DNA of 64,000 bases from Bdellovibrionales bacterium (GTDB taxonomy: Bacteria; Bdellovibrionota; Bdellovibrionia; Bdellovibrionales; JAGQZY01). Both the position numbers and the translations under genes were made by a program. Positions 30,033 through 39,826 of the stretch are shown one piece after another. The stretch covers positions 480,001-544,000 of the forward strand of contig CAXRHT010000001.1 of NCBI GenBank assembly GCA_964230645.1. The letters run 5' to 3'. Positions within the stretch are counted from its first letter, which is position 1; each line of letters opens with the position of its first letter. The notes under the pieces are model-generated. The model saw nothing but the letters and a program-made list of their open reading frames with translations. It had not been told where the DNA came from and made no database searches.

Positions 30033-31499
30033 ATGAGAACCAATCTTATTCGTATCGGTTTAATCACTTTAATAGCTCTTCTTTTTTCAGGTTGCGATCT
30101 GTTTAAAAAAGAAAAGGCTTCGATGACGGTCAGTCACTCAGAAAAAAGAACGACGGCCAATAACCGAGTGCCCTCTCCCGATGAACTTAGAAATCAAGCC
30201 GGCTTTGCTACTTTTAGAGACCAGTTCACAGCTATAAGTGAGGTAGATCAACTCGATAGTTTCCTAGGCTCTCTTCAAACCAAAGAATATGATCGATCTA
30301 TGCTGGATCAAGAATCATTAACTCTTATTCTTGCTCGTGAAACCATAAGACTATCGCGCGTAACCAAAGGTCTTTTTTATCGAATGAGAAATGTGGTGGC
30401 TGAGCACAATATATCACGGGCGGCCGTAGTTTCTACCCTGAGAATGTCAGTGGCTGGCATTGATACCTTTCTCCCCAACAGTCAGTGGCAGGCGGGCTTT
30501 GATTATGTCACTCAACCTTTTTATAAAAGGGCCCAAAATGAAGAGTTTGATATTGATAATGATGAGGAGTTTAAAACTTATCTTGTTAATGAGGTGGCTC
30601 CAATGCTTGAAAACTACCTCAATGTTCTCAATTTTCTGCTAGAAAATGTGGAGACCAATAAACTCTACTGGGATAATATTTTCCTCAATCGTAATTTTAC
30701 CAATGTGAATCCTGATCGCTACACAGAACTGGGCCGAGTAGAATTGAAATTGATGAAGGCCTCTACCCTTTTAGGTCTTGCTTCGATTCAATCCACAAAA
30801 GCTTACAGTCTTAATGGTCTCTTTGAAATGGTCGATGATGTTTCAAAAAAGTTTGGAATCGGAGTGGTATTTCGTCCTGCCGACGCGATTGCTGAAAAAA
30901 GAAATCGAATCATAAAAAATGCTATCGATAACGGATTTCTCGCGAAAGCTCCTAACCTTTCCGATGCAGAATTTCGCCAAACTCTTGAGACGGCCTATAA
31001 CTTAACTGTGAATGGTGTCAAAGAGGCCGAAGAGGCCTGGGAGATCTTTAGAGATGAAGAGCGTGACTACGATAAATTTTTAAAAGCGCAAGCCGCCATT
31101 CCTTTCACCCGGATCATCAACGCTTCTTTACAAAATATCAAAATTGTCACAGGAAAAGCCGACACTGATACTATCGTGAGTGTGGTGTCTCAAGGCGAGC
31201 AAATCTCATTTAATATAAAGAAATTTTTTATCGATGAACCCATCACCGGTGAAGCAGGCAATAGTTTCAAAGACTTTATGCCCACTGGCTACAATAATGA
31301 GAGTGAATTTCTCACAGTGAATGTGGATGGACAAACTGTGCGCTATCGCAATTTTCGCCAGGGTAATCCCAATCAGTGGAACCAAGATATCTATCAAAAA
31401 TACTTTGGTACTGGCGACACTCGCCTTGTTAGCCGCGTTCTCGCCCAATCTTGGGGAACAGGTGGTCTTGCTCTGCTATTTCTACCTGTAATTATGTGA
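30033..31499 (+). CDS. Helical lipoprotein of unknown function
   Basis: FSGC lipobox; GGGAG RBS; hydrophobic C-terminus. Confidence 0.8.
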   Translation: MRTNLIRIGLITLIALLFSGCDLFKKEKASMTVSHSEKRTTANNRVPSPDELRNQAGFATFRDQFTAISEVDQLDSFLGSLQTKEYDRSMLDQESLTLILARETIRLSRVTKGLFYRMRNVVAEHNISRAAVVSTLRMSVAGIDTFLPNSQWQAGFDYVTQPFYKRAQNEEFDIDNDEEFKTYLVNEVAPMLENYLNVLNFLLENVETNKLYWDNIFLNRNFTNVNPDRYTELGRVELKLMKASTLLGLASIQSTKAYSLNGLFEMVDDVSKKFGIGVVFRPADAIAEKRNRIIKNAIDNGFLAKAPNLSDAEFRQTLETAYNLTVNGVKEAEEAWEIFRDEERDYDKFLKAQAAIPFTRIINASLQNIKIVTGKADTDTIVSVVSQGEQISFNIKKFFIDEPITGEAGNSFKDFMPTGYNNESEFLTVNVDGQTVRYRNFRQGNPNQWNQDIYQKYFGTGDTRLVSRVLAQSWGTGGLALLFLPVIM

Positions 31500-31551
31500 T
31501 TGTTCGAAAAGCCAGCTTGTGTTTCAAGCTGGCATCCCTTAAAGGAGTACC

Positions 31552-33417
31552 ATGACTCGGTTCAAAGATGTTTATATTTGCGGCACAGGAAGTTTTTTAC
31601 CCAATAAGCCTGTTAGTAACGACGAGATTGCCGACTACATCCAACCCATTAATAAAATTTCCTCACGCATTCAAAAAAGAATTCTCAAAGAAAATGGTAT
31701 TACGACTCGTTATTACGGTATCGACAAAGACGGCCAAACCACTCACTCTCTTCAGGAGATGTGCGCTCAGGCCGCCAGGAAGGCACTTGATAACTCGAAA
31801 ATGGGTCTTAACGATATTGAACTGCTTTGTACCGGCACCGTGGGTGGCGACAATGCCATCCCAGGTTTTGCAAATATGCTTCAGGGCTATATGAAGGCTC
31901 CTCCGATGGAAACGAGCACTCACACAGGCATTTGTATGTCGGGTGTGGTCGCCCTTAAACATGCTGCCTACGCCATAGAAACAGGAGATGTAGCAAAGTC
32001 TCTTGTGGTCGCAGGTGAATTCCCCTCTCGAATGTTTAAAAAGTCGCGATTTCAAAATCTTGATTACAACGTGGATTTTGACGCTCACTTTTTACGGTGG
32101 ATGCTCTCTGATGGTGCGGGGAGTTGGGCATTGAGCAACAAACCAAGGCCTCATGGCTATTCTTTGAAGGTGAACTTTATACACACACAGTCTTTTAGTG
32201 GTGATTACCCCGTCTGTATGTACATCGGCTCTCCCAAAGGAAAAGAAGACACCTCCTACTTAGATTACCCTTCTTTAGCCGACGCGGAAAAAGAGGGAGC
32301 CTTTTATTTAAGGCAGGATATTAAACTTCTTCCTAATGTTTTTGAGGTGGGACTCACCGAATACATCAAATTGGTTAATAAAGGTGCTTTTAACTCCGAT
32401 GAAATAGACCACTTCCTTTGTCATTACTCCTCTGAAAAATTTCGCTCAGTGGTGGGAGATCTTCTGGAAAAATCAGAATCGACCATTGATGAGAGCAAAT
32501 GGTTCAGTAATCTCACTTATCAAGGTAATATGGGGTCAGCCTCCATTTTTGTTATGCTCGATGATTTTCTTGAGAAAAAATCAGACGAGCTAAAACCGGG
32601 ACAAAAAGTTTTCTGCTTTGTTCCTGAATCGGGCAGGTTCAGTGTTTCCTTTATGATGCTCGAAGTGGTCGAGTGTCAGGAAACTCCTAAAAGCCTTTCC
32701 CCTTCAGAAAGCTTTGCATTGCCTGAGTCCCCTTCAAAGGATCTTACAGCAAAAAATGAAAGGGCCGCCAAAGTCCTTCGCGATCTAAACGAAGTTTGGC
32801 ACAACTACCGCTCCCAAGCTTGGCGCTCCGATTTTGTTTCTAAAATCAGGGATGGGCTTTTCACTCAAGAGGACTATACCAATTGGATGGAGAATTGGAT
32901 CCCACAAGTGCGCGAGGGCTCTAAGTGGATGCGAGAAGCTGTCGCCAATGTGGAGGCCCCATTCCTAGAACTTAAAGAAATCATCGAAGAGCATGCTTCC
33001 GAAGAGCAAAACGACTGGAAGCTTCTTCACAAAGACTATCTCAATGCGGGTGGAGAAAAGAAAGACCCCGACCTTCTAAAAAGAAATGTGGGAGGCGAGG
33101 CGCTCAACTCTTTTATGCATCACCGAGCCACTTTCACTAACGCCATTGACCTGCTCGGTGGAATTTTTATTATCGAAGGAACAGGGCAAAAGATTATCCC
33201 TATGCTTTTGCCTTTGATGCGAAAAAGCACAGATCTTCCACCCGAGTGCTTTAAGTTTTTACATTACCATGGTCTCAATGATGAAGACCATCTCCTACGT
33301 TGGCTTTCAGCGATTGAGTACGTTTGTGAAAACGCCACGGACGAGCAACTTGAAAAAATTGTAGAGACGGCTCAAATTACTTCCGAACTTTACTTAATGC
33401 AACTGAATAGAATTTGA
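31552..33417 (+). CDS. StlD/DarB-like KAS III ketosynthase fused to a heme-oxygenase-like (iron-containing redox) domain
   Basis: Cys-His-Asn triad (GICMSG, LCHYSS, GNMGSAS) and RWMLSDGAG. The C-terminal helical domain carries EEHASEE, IIEG and HYHGLNDEDH. Confidence 0.85.
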   Translation: MTRFKDVYICGTGSFLPNKPVSNDEIADYIQPINKISSRIQKRILKENGITTRYYGIDKDGQTTHSLQEMCAQAARKALDNSKMGLNDIELLCTGTVGGDNAIPGFANMLQGYMKAPPMETSTHTGICMSGVVALKHAAYAIETGDVAKSLVVAGEFPSRMFKKSRFQNLDYNVDFDAHFLRWMLSDGAGSWALSNKPRPHGYSLKVNFIHTQSFSGDYPVCMYIGSPKGKEDTSYLDYPSLADAEKEGAFYLRQDIKLLPNVFEVGLTEYIKLVNKGAFNSDEIDHFLCHYSSEKFRSVVGDLLEKSESTIDESKWFSNLTYQGNMGSASIFVMLDDFLEKKSDELKPGQKVFCFVPESGRFSVSFMMLEVVECQETPKSLSPSESFALPESPSKDLTAKNERAAKVLRDLNEVWHNYRSQAWRSDFVSKIRDGLFTQEDYTNWMENWIPQVREGSKWMREAVANVEAPFLELKEIIEEHASEEQNDWKLLHKDYLNAGGEKKDPDLLKRNVGGEALNSFMHHRATFTNAIDLLGGIFIIEGTGQKIIPMLLPLMRKSTDLPPECFKFLHYHGLNDEDHLLRWLSAIEYVCENATDEQLEKIVETAQITSELYLMQLNRI

Positions 33418-33426
33418 TTGGGGACT

Positions 33427-34341
33427 ATGAAAAGAAGTACTGAGCCTGACTTTTTGGATTTCAAAAACTACAACCCAAAAGACCCTTCAGCCTGGGCCAC
33501 TTTATGGCTTGAGAAGTCCATTCCTATGGCCGATGAAGCCAAAAAAGCTCAGTTGATCAATCTAAATTCCTTCTCAAGGCGTTATCTTTTCCCTTTTGTT
33601 AAATGCTACGCCTTTGTTTTAAAGGTCCTAGTTTACTTGATTAAGTTTATTGTTCCTTTTCAATTTCGAGCTCCTAGACTATTGCACGCATTAATAAGCT
33701 ATGGCCTATACTGGTTTGTAAGTCCGCAGGCCAACTTGTTAATCCTGAGGCATTTTCACTTGGGAAGCCATATCCTCAAGTTTTTGTCTCAAAACTTAGA
33801 TTGTGAAGACTATCCGAGTGAACCCCTTTATCCGAAATCAGTGTGGGATATTCGCCCCAACATGATTCTTCAGCATGATATAAACCTCTTTAACTTTGTC
33901 ACCTATTGCAACCAAGAAGGAAGCTATCCTCAAAAAGGCACTCCTCTTGATTTCTCAGCGATTAAGCCTGCAGAGTTAACAATAAGTGATATGCCCCAAC
34001 ATTGGACCAATATTCTCGATGTGGAATCAGCCATTGAACTTGTCACACCCCTCTTTCAACTTCTTATAACAGAGGACGAATTTTGGCGGGCTTCGATCTC
34101 CCTGCAGCTTGACGAAACCATTGCCACCTACTTTTGTGAATTGGTGGATAATTTTGATCGCCTGGCATTTGTCATCAATAAACATCCCCTCTTTCCAAAC
34201 AGTACCCTTGAAGCCTCCACTCGTCTGGCTATACATGGTCTTTCCACAGAGATCCTTCACGAGACACTTATAAAAATGAAAGCGGCAAGCACGGACATCT
34301 CCATTGAAGCAAAAACAACACCCGATCGACTCAATCAGTGA
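33427..34341 (+). CDS. DUF6999-like protein
   Basis: DPSAWATLWLE, LILRHFHLGS, HDINLFN, SLQLDE, HGLSTEILH. Family recalled as a partner of DarB-like KS genes. ATG 33427 follows GGGGA. Confidence 0.65.
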   Translation: MKRSTEPDFLDFKNYNPKDPSAWATLWLEKSIPMADEAKKAQLINLNSFSRRYLFPFVKCYAFVLKVLVYLIKFIVPFQFRAPRLLHALISYGLYWFVSPQANLLILRHFHLGSHILKFLSQNLDCEDYPSEPLYPKSVWDIRPNMILQHDINLFNFVTYCNQEGSYPQKGTPLDFSAIKPAELTISDMPQHWTNILDVESAIELVTPLFQLLITEDEFWRASISLQLDETIATYFCELVDNFDRLAFVINKHPLFPNSTLEASTRLAIHGLSTEILHETLIKMKAASTDISIEAKTTPDRLNQ

Positions 34342-36451
34342 TTGGCTCCTTAAACACAAAATAAAAATTTTCTATGGCTACCTTGCAATTGTCATTGCTC
34401 TACTCGGTTTTACCGCCAAGGTGCATTTTGTCGTTGAGATCGAAGAGATTATTGACTCAAATTTTAAATCTTACAATGAAGAGATTAAACTCTTTTCTGC
34501 AGAGAAAAATGTTTATTTGCTCTTATCAAATACCAAAGATCATTTTACCAACAAAGAGGTCTGCCAGATCAATGACTGGTGGGTGAAGCAGTTAAAGAAA
34601 AACAATGAGCTAGAATCCACTTTCGCTTCCTTTGAGGCGAGTAAATTTGGCTTAAGTAAAAATAATATCTCCATTAAAGAATACGTTAAATACAATTGTG
34701 ATGAATCAAAGTCCAATCAACCCGTCGATTTCAGTCAGATCGATACCTCTCCCTGGAGAGGCATTCTTCTGCCGGAAAACTCTAATAACGAAATTTTTAT
34801 AAGTTTTTCGTTTTTTCGCTTAGAGAGTCGTGGCCTTTTTGGCTTCTTTAATTGGGAAGCTGTGGGAGAGCTTTACGACTCTTTTGAAAAGTCTCCCATT
34901 GCTAAAAACGCTGAGGTAACCGCCACCTGGGGTGGACTTGGCGTTTATTTTTTCTATTTGGTCAAAGGCTATTTCTATTCCATGCTTCTCAACACTCTGA
35001 CGGTTCTTTTGGTTTGTGTGCTTTTAGCCTTTTGGTTTCGTTCGGCCCTTACGGGCGTTTTATTTTATATTCTATACCAATTGGTTCTTTTCCCTGTGCT
35101 CAGTATCATGGGAGCTTTTGGCTTTGATATGGACACGCTCTCAAACACTTTGCCCATAATGCTACTTTTAGCCTGTCTGCAAGATTTTATATTTATCTCA
35201 TACTTTTACAAAAAGGACCTCAGCGCCTTTAAAAAGCTTATGATCCCAGGCTTTTTTACCTCTCTCACAACGGCCGTTGGCTTTGGCTCTTTGATCGCTG
35301 CGGACTTAACCATAATTCGTCGCTTTGGACTCATCACGGGAATAGCTTCTCTGCTCGAATTCTTTGTTATGTTTTTTGTGTTCCCCGGCCTTCTGCAAAT
35401 AAAACTTTTCAAAAAATGGAATCCAATAGCTCTGGTAAGCTCACTCAAACCAAGAGCGCTCCTAGTCCCTAAACCTCTAGCCTATTTGCTCCTAGCACTT
35501 CCTCTGTTAGCGCTTACACAAATTGATAAACTCAATTTGGAAGACTACCCAGAGAACCTTTTCCCCAAAACACATCCCATTCAACAGGGTTCCCAGGTTT
35601 TTTTAAAGAAGTTTGGATGGATCTCCATTACCAATCTTCTTTATAAAGAAAAGTCTGCTGATTTTGTAAATCAAAAAGTACTGCCAAAGATTCTCGATAA
35701 CCCTATTGTATCTCGAGCGGAAAATTTTGATTCTATCGTCTCTGAGTTTTCTGATCCATCTGAACCAATGAATAAGGAGATCATGGCTTCTCTTTTTGAA
35801 GACACAGGCTACGCACGCAAACTCTTTCACCAATCTACGGATTGGAAGAGAAGTATTCTTTATTTAAATTCCTCAGTAAATAGTGATGTTACAAAACTTT
35901 GGAGGCAGGTTAAAGACTTATGCAAAAACAAGTGTCAATTGGTGGGTGACCTGGTCAGTTACACTGAGTTTTCAAACAGAGTTATCACAGGCTTTCATAA
36001 AAGCATTTTAACAAGCTTAGCCCTTATTTGTTTGATTATCTTCTCGCTTTGTCTTTATCGTAGAGAACCCCGGACAGTGAGCCTTCTTTTTTGCAGTCTC
36101 TGGGGGCCTCTAATGCTTTTAAGTCTTTTTGTCGTCCTACAAATCCCCGTTTTTTTTGTAACAAGTATTGTGGTTTCCATCGTTGCAGGACTCACAGGCG
36201 ACAACGCCCTTTTCTTTCTTCTTTCCGATTCCAAAAAAGAAGCCAGCGAACAGGCTAAACGAATCTCAACGATCTCAACGACCGTCGTTGTTTTTTACCT
36301 CATCACCCTTTCCACTCTTTTATTCTCCTATTTCGGTGCACTTAGAACCCTCAGTGCCCTTTTACTTGCCGGCCTGATCTTCTCCCTATTTGGGGACATC
36401 AGCCTCTTTCTCTCCCTCAAACACCAAAAGGTACCTGCTTCCCAAAGGTAG
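34304..36451 (+). CDS. MMPL/RND-family exporter
   Basis: Two TM bundles separated by soluble loops; TSLTTAVGFGSL motif; Asp in TM4/TM10-like helices. Confidence 0.85.
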   Translation: MKQKQHPIDSISDWLLKHKIKIFYGYLAIVIALLGFTAKVHFVVEIEEIIDSNFKSYNEEIKLFSAEKNVYLLLSNTKDHFTNKEVCQINDWWVKQLKKNNELESTFASFEASKFGLSKNNISIKEYVKYNCDESKSNQPVDFSQIDTSPWRGILLPENSNNEIFISFSFFRLESRGLFGFFNWEAVGELYDSFEKSPIAKNAEVTATWGGLGVYFFYLVKGYFYSMLLNTLTVLLVCVLLAFWFRSALTGVLFYILYQLVLFPVLSIMGAFGFDMDTLSNTLPIMLLLACLQDFIFISYFYKKDLSAFKKLMIPGFFTSLTTAVGFGSLIAADLTIIRRFGLITGIASLLEFFVMFFVFPGLLQIKLFKKWNPIALVSSLKPRALLVPKPLAYLLLALPLLALTQIDKLNLEDYPENLFPKTHPIQQGSQVFLKKFGWISITNLLYKEKSADFVNQKVLPKILDNPIVSRAENFDSIVSEFSDPSEPMNKEIMASLFEDTGYARKLFHQSTDWKRSILYLNSSVNSDVTKLWRQVKDLCKNKCQLVGDLVSYTEFSNRVITGFHKSILTSLALICLIIFSLCLYRREPRTVSLLFCSLWGPLMLLSLFVVLQIPVFFVTSIVVSIVAGLTGDNALFFLLSDSKKEASEQAKRISTISTTVVVFYLITLSTLLFSYFGALRTLSALLLAGLIFSLFGDISLFLSLKHQKVPASQR

Positions 36452-36625
36452 CGATAGCGCGTCACCCAGTGGTACCTGCGTTCCGATGGTAGCAATAGTG
36501 CGTAAACAAGAAGTGGAATTGGCGATTTCCATGAAAACCTGTAAACTACAGGATAGCCACCAACCACCAATCGGTGACGCGCTATCGCTACCTTTGGGAA
36601 GCAGGTACCTTAGGGTGACGCGGGG
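36428..36625. repeat. Repeat family 2, two direct units plus an inverted unit
   Basis: Units at 36430 and 36471; 36428-36466 is the perfect reverse complement of 36573-36611. Confidence 0.9.
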
Positions 36626-36626
36626 T

Positions 36627-39170
36627 TTAGCGGGAGAAAAGGGATTGGGTGGATTGTTTTAAGGAGCGACTAATTGCTAGGCCCGTTACAATCTTGGTAA
36701 TAAAGAGAGCTCCAAGAATAGAAGCCAGCGGAATCTTCCAAGCAAATATCCATAAACTCTCGAAAAGGTAGCTTGAAAAAATCCAACTCATGATGAGACT
36801 CAAGATAGCACCTAACATCATCGCGAAAAAACAGATCAGTAAAAATTGATACATAAACTGATAACGGATCACTTGAAAGTCTGCTCCCACGGCTTTTAAA
36901 AGCCCTATTTCCCAAATCCTAGCTCGGGCCTGGTGGTTGGCCATAGAGTAAATGACGACGAATCCTGATATCAAAGAAAGAAGAGTCATAAAGCCAAGGG
37001 CCCAAGACATTTGCAAAATCACCTCGTTGATCCTTTCTACTATCCTTGAGACATCAACCATTGAGACATTGGGAAGTTGTTCGACCAATTCATCTTGGAG
37101 CTTATGTTTTCTCTCAAGTTTTAAGCTTGGAATGGTTGCAATAAATGTTTTAGGAGCCATCTCCAAAACCCCTGGTTGGAAAATAACGAAGAAATTCGGT
37201 TGAAAGGAGGTCCACTCTACTTTGCGCAGGTTTACAATTTTTCCCTTAACCGGCACTCCCTCGATTTCAAAAGTTAGCTTGTCTCCTAGCTTAAAATTCA
37301 AACGATCAGCAAAACGAGTCTCCATGGAGATTTGAGCGATTTTATCACGCTCTTCCTTAAAGGGACCGGGAAACTTCGTTCCTTCTAGTAAACGTTCGGC
37401 CTTAGAGAAGTCTTTTCTATAGGAAAGGTTAAAACCTCGATTTCTAAAGCGCATTTCACGCTCTTCTTCCCTGGTTAAGCTTTTTCCAACACCTTTACCT
37501 TTATCAAAGCCTTCACCGTTCACCTCTACAAGTCTTGCTCTTACTGTGGGAGAAATTTGATCAAGATCCACATCTTGCTTTTTTAGAATAGCTTTCAAAG
37601 GCTCCACTTGTTCTTCCTGAATATCAAAAAGAAAAAGACTAGGGAGCTTGGATTCGTCGGGACGATCAAGCTCGGTTGCCAAGGTTTTTTGAATTTGGGG
37701 AATCAGGTTTAAAAGAAGAGAACAGAGTCCAATTGTCACAAAGGTTACCATTGTTGTGGTCTTAAGACGGGAGAGATCTCGAATGGCCCACTTGAGAGAG
37801 AGATTTTTAGAAAAACTCAATTTCTCTAAAAAGAAGAATATGACAATGGAGAGCCCAGCAAGAATGAGACAAGAAAGGAAGAAGAGACCTGTGAAAAGAC
37901 TCCCCACTTGTAAGGATTGCGACAGCCAAAGAGCCATACCAAAGAAAAAACCTAATGCAGGTAGGAAGGAGAGTAAAAATAGCGGATCTCTTTTTTTGGT
38001 CTTAGCTCTTTCATCGCGAACGAGCATCGAAATTTTAATTGAGCGAAGCCCGACTAGAAGAGGCAGAACAATCAGTAAGCTTCCCACCACGGCAACAGCC
38101 ACTGCGATAAGAATGGTTTTGATTGTGATGGCATACTGAATGTCGAAAGGGAACAAATCTTTCGTTAGATTTCCAAGACCGGGCACAATTATGAAAGATA
38201 ACACAATAGCTAAAAGACTACTGAGAAAACCTAACACGACCACTTGCAAGAGGTAAAAAATAAAGGTCTGATACCTCTGTGCGCCCAGGCTCATTAGTAT
38301 CGCAATGGAAGTCCTATTTTTCTGCAGATAAGATCGGAAAAGAAATGTGGCTCCCACTGAAGCTAGAAATAAGGCCACTAGTGATGCTAATCCTAAAAAA
38401 TCATTGAGGCGTGACAGGAGTCCTGACATCTGTCGGCTGGCATTTTTATGAGTGAAAACTCGTACCTCGGCCTCCTCCACGGCCTCAAAAACCTGATCTT
38501 TTATGTCATCAAGATCCTGCTCTTCCACACCAGGAGTTTTAAAAACAACAGAATGCCAGGCTATGGAGCCTTCCCTAAGCAGGTTTGTCTTTTTAAGAAA
38601 ACGATGGTGAAGATAAATCCTTGGCGCCATATTTGTTGAGATACCGGCCGCAGCGTCCTCTTTGATGACTCCTGCAATCTCAAAGTCCATCTCACCAATT
38701 TTTAAGCGGTCCCCGGTCTTAACATCAAGCTGCCGAATTAACTCTGGGTAAATCCATATTTTAGGATCTTGTTTTTCAAGTTCAATATTTAGCTGGGTGC
38801 CATCTTCTAAAAGAATTTCTCCGTAGAAAGGATAACCTTTTTGAATAGCCTTGAGTTGAACAAGTCTAGAAGATTTTTCTTTATTAGCCACCATGGAGAC
38901 CATTTCGACCATGGTGGTTTGTTTGAAGTCATCCCCCAACATTTCTTGAGCGGTGGCGATCTCCTCATCTTTAATGGGTCTGCGGGCTGACATTCCAAAA
39001 TCGGCCCCAAGGACGGCTTTTGAGCGCTTGTTGATAGTTTCTCGAATCGACTCTTTAAAGCCATCAAGAGCGACAAAGCCCGCCAGTCCCAACCCTAGAT
39101 TCAAAATAAAGAGAAGACAAAAAGCCTTGTTGTTAAAAAGTTCCCGTAGACTGAGGCGATAAAGTTTCAT
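36627..39170 (-). CDS. ABC transporter permease (YbbP/FtsX-like)
   Basis: Duplicated FtsX architecture; YPFYG, LFLFDIQ and WTSFQPNFF motifs. Confidence 0.92.
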   Translation of the reverse strand: MKLYRLSLRELFNNKAFCLLFILNLGLGLAGFVALDGFKESIRETINKRSKAVLGADFGMSARRPIKDEEIATAQEMLGDDFKQTTMVEMVSMVANKEKSSRLVQLKAIQKGYPFYGEILLEDGTQLNIELEKQDPKIWIYPELIRQLDVKTGDRLKIGEMDFEIAGVIKEDAAAGISTNMAPRIYLHHRFLKKTNLLREGSIAWHSVVFKTPGVEEQDLDDIKDQVFEAVEEAEVRVFTHKNASRQMSGLLSRLNDFLGLASLVALFLASVGATFLFRSYLQKNRTSIAILMSLGAQRYQTFIFYLLQVVVLGFLSSLLAIVLSFIIVPGLGNLTKDLFPFDIQYAITIKTILIAVAVAVVGSLLIVLPLLVGLRSIKISMLVRDERAKTKKRDPLFLLSFLPALGFFFGMALWLSQSLQVGSLFTGLFFLSCLILAGLSIVIFFFLEKLSFSKNLSLKWAIRDLSRLKTTTMVTFVTIGLCSLLLNLIPQIQKTLATELDRPDESKLPSLFLFDIQEEQVEPLKAILKKQDVDLDQISPTVRARLVEVNGEGFDKGKGVGKSLTREEEREMRFRNRGFNLSYRKDFSKAERLLEGTKFPGPFKEERDKIAQISMETRFADRLNFKLGDKLTFEIEGVPVKGKIVNLRKVEWTSFQPNFFVIFQPGVLEMAPKTFIATIPSLKLERKHKLQDELVEQLPNVSMVDVSRIVERINEVILQMSWALGFMTLLSLISGFVVIYSMANHQARARIWEIGLLKAVGADFQVIRYQFMYQFLLICFFAMMLGAILSLIMSWIFSSYLFESLWIFAWKIPLASILGALFITKIVTGLAISRSLKQSTQSLFSR

Positions 39171-39826
39171 TGTTTCTTGCCACCGACGAGGTGAATTTGA
39201 GACTCACAACGGGCCGCTAACTTTGAATCGTGAGTAATGAGTAATAACGTCATTTCATTTTTTTTCACCAATTCAAAGAGAAGATCCATGACTTTTTTAC
39301 CGGTGTCAGTATCAAGATTTCCGCTGGGCTCATCGGCGAAAATAAAAGGAGGATTCACACTCAAGGCTCTCGCGATCGCCACTCTTTGACACTCTCCTCC
39401 ACTCAATTGACTGGGCTTATGCTCCATACGGTCACCGAGTCCAACCTGCTCTAAAACTTCGGTCGCTCTTTGAGTGGCATTGGAATGGTTTTGAAGTTCT
39501 AAAGGAAGGCTCACGTTTTCCAAGGCCGTAAGATGAGGCATTAAATAAAAACTTTGAAAAACAATTCCAATGTTCTTACCACGAAATTCTGTCCACTGTT
39601 TCTCCGATAAATCTTGAACGGCTTGATCTTTAAAGAGAATCTGACCTTGATCCGCTTGATCGAGGCCTGCGAGCAGAGTCAATAGAGTTGTTTTTCCGCT
39701 CCCTGACGGGCCAACCACAGATAGACTGCCCCCTGTTTTTAACTCGAAACTGAGTTCATCAAGAGCCTTAATGGGAGTTTTCCCTTGCTGATAGGTTTTG
39801 GAGAGATTCTTCACAACTAAACTCAT
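39167..39826 (-). CDS. ABC transporter ATP-binding protein (YbbA/LolD-like)
   Basis: GPSGSGKT, LSGGE, ADEP; 4-nt overlaps with both neighbours. Confidence 0.95.
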   Translation of the reverse strand: MSLVVKNLSKTYQQGKTPIKALDELSFELKTGGSLSVVGPSGSGKTTLLTLLAGLDQADQGQILFKDQAVQDLSEKQWTEFRGKNIGIVFQSFYLMPHLTALENVSLPLELQNHSNATQRATEVLEQVGLGDRMEHKPSQLSGGECQRVAIARALSVNPPFIFADEPSGNLDTDTGKKVMDLLFELVKKNEMTLLLITHDSKLAARCESQIHLVGGKKQ

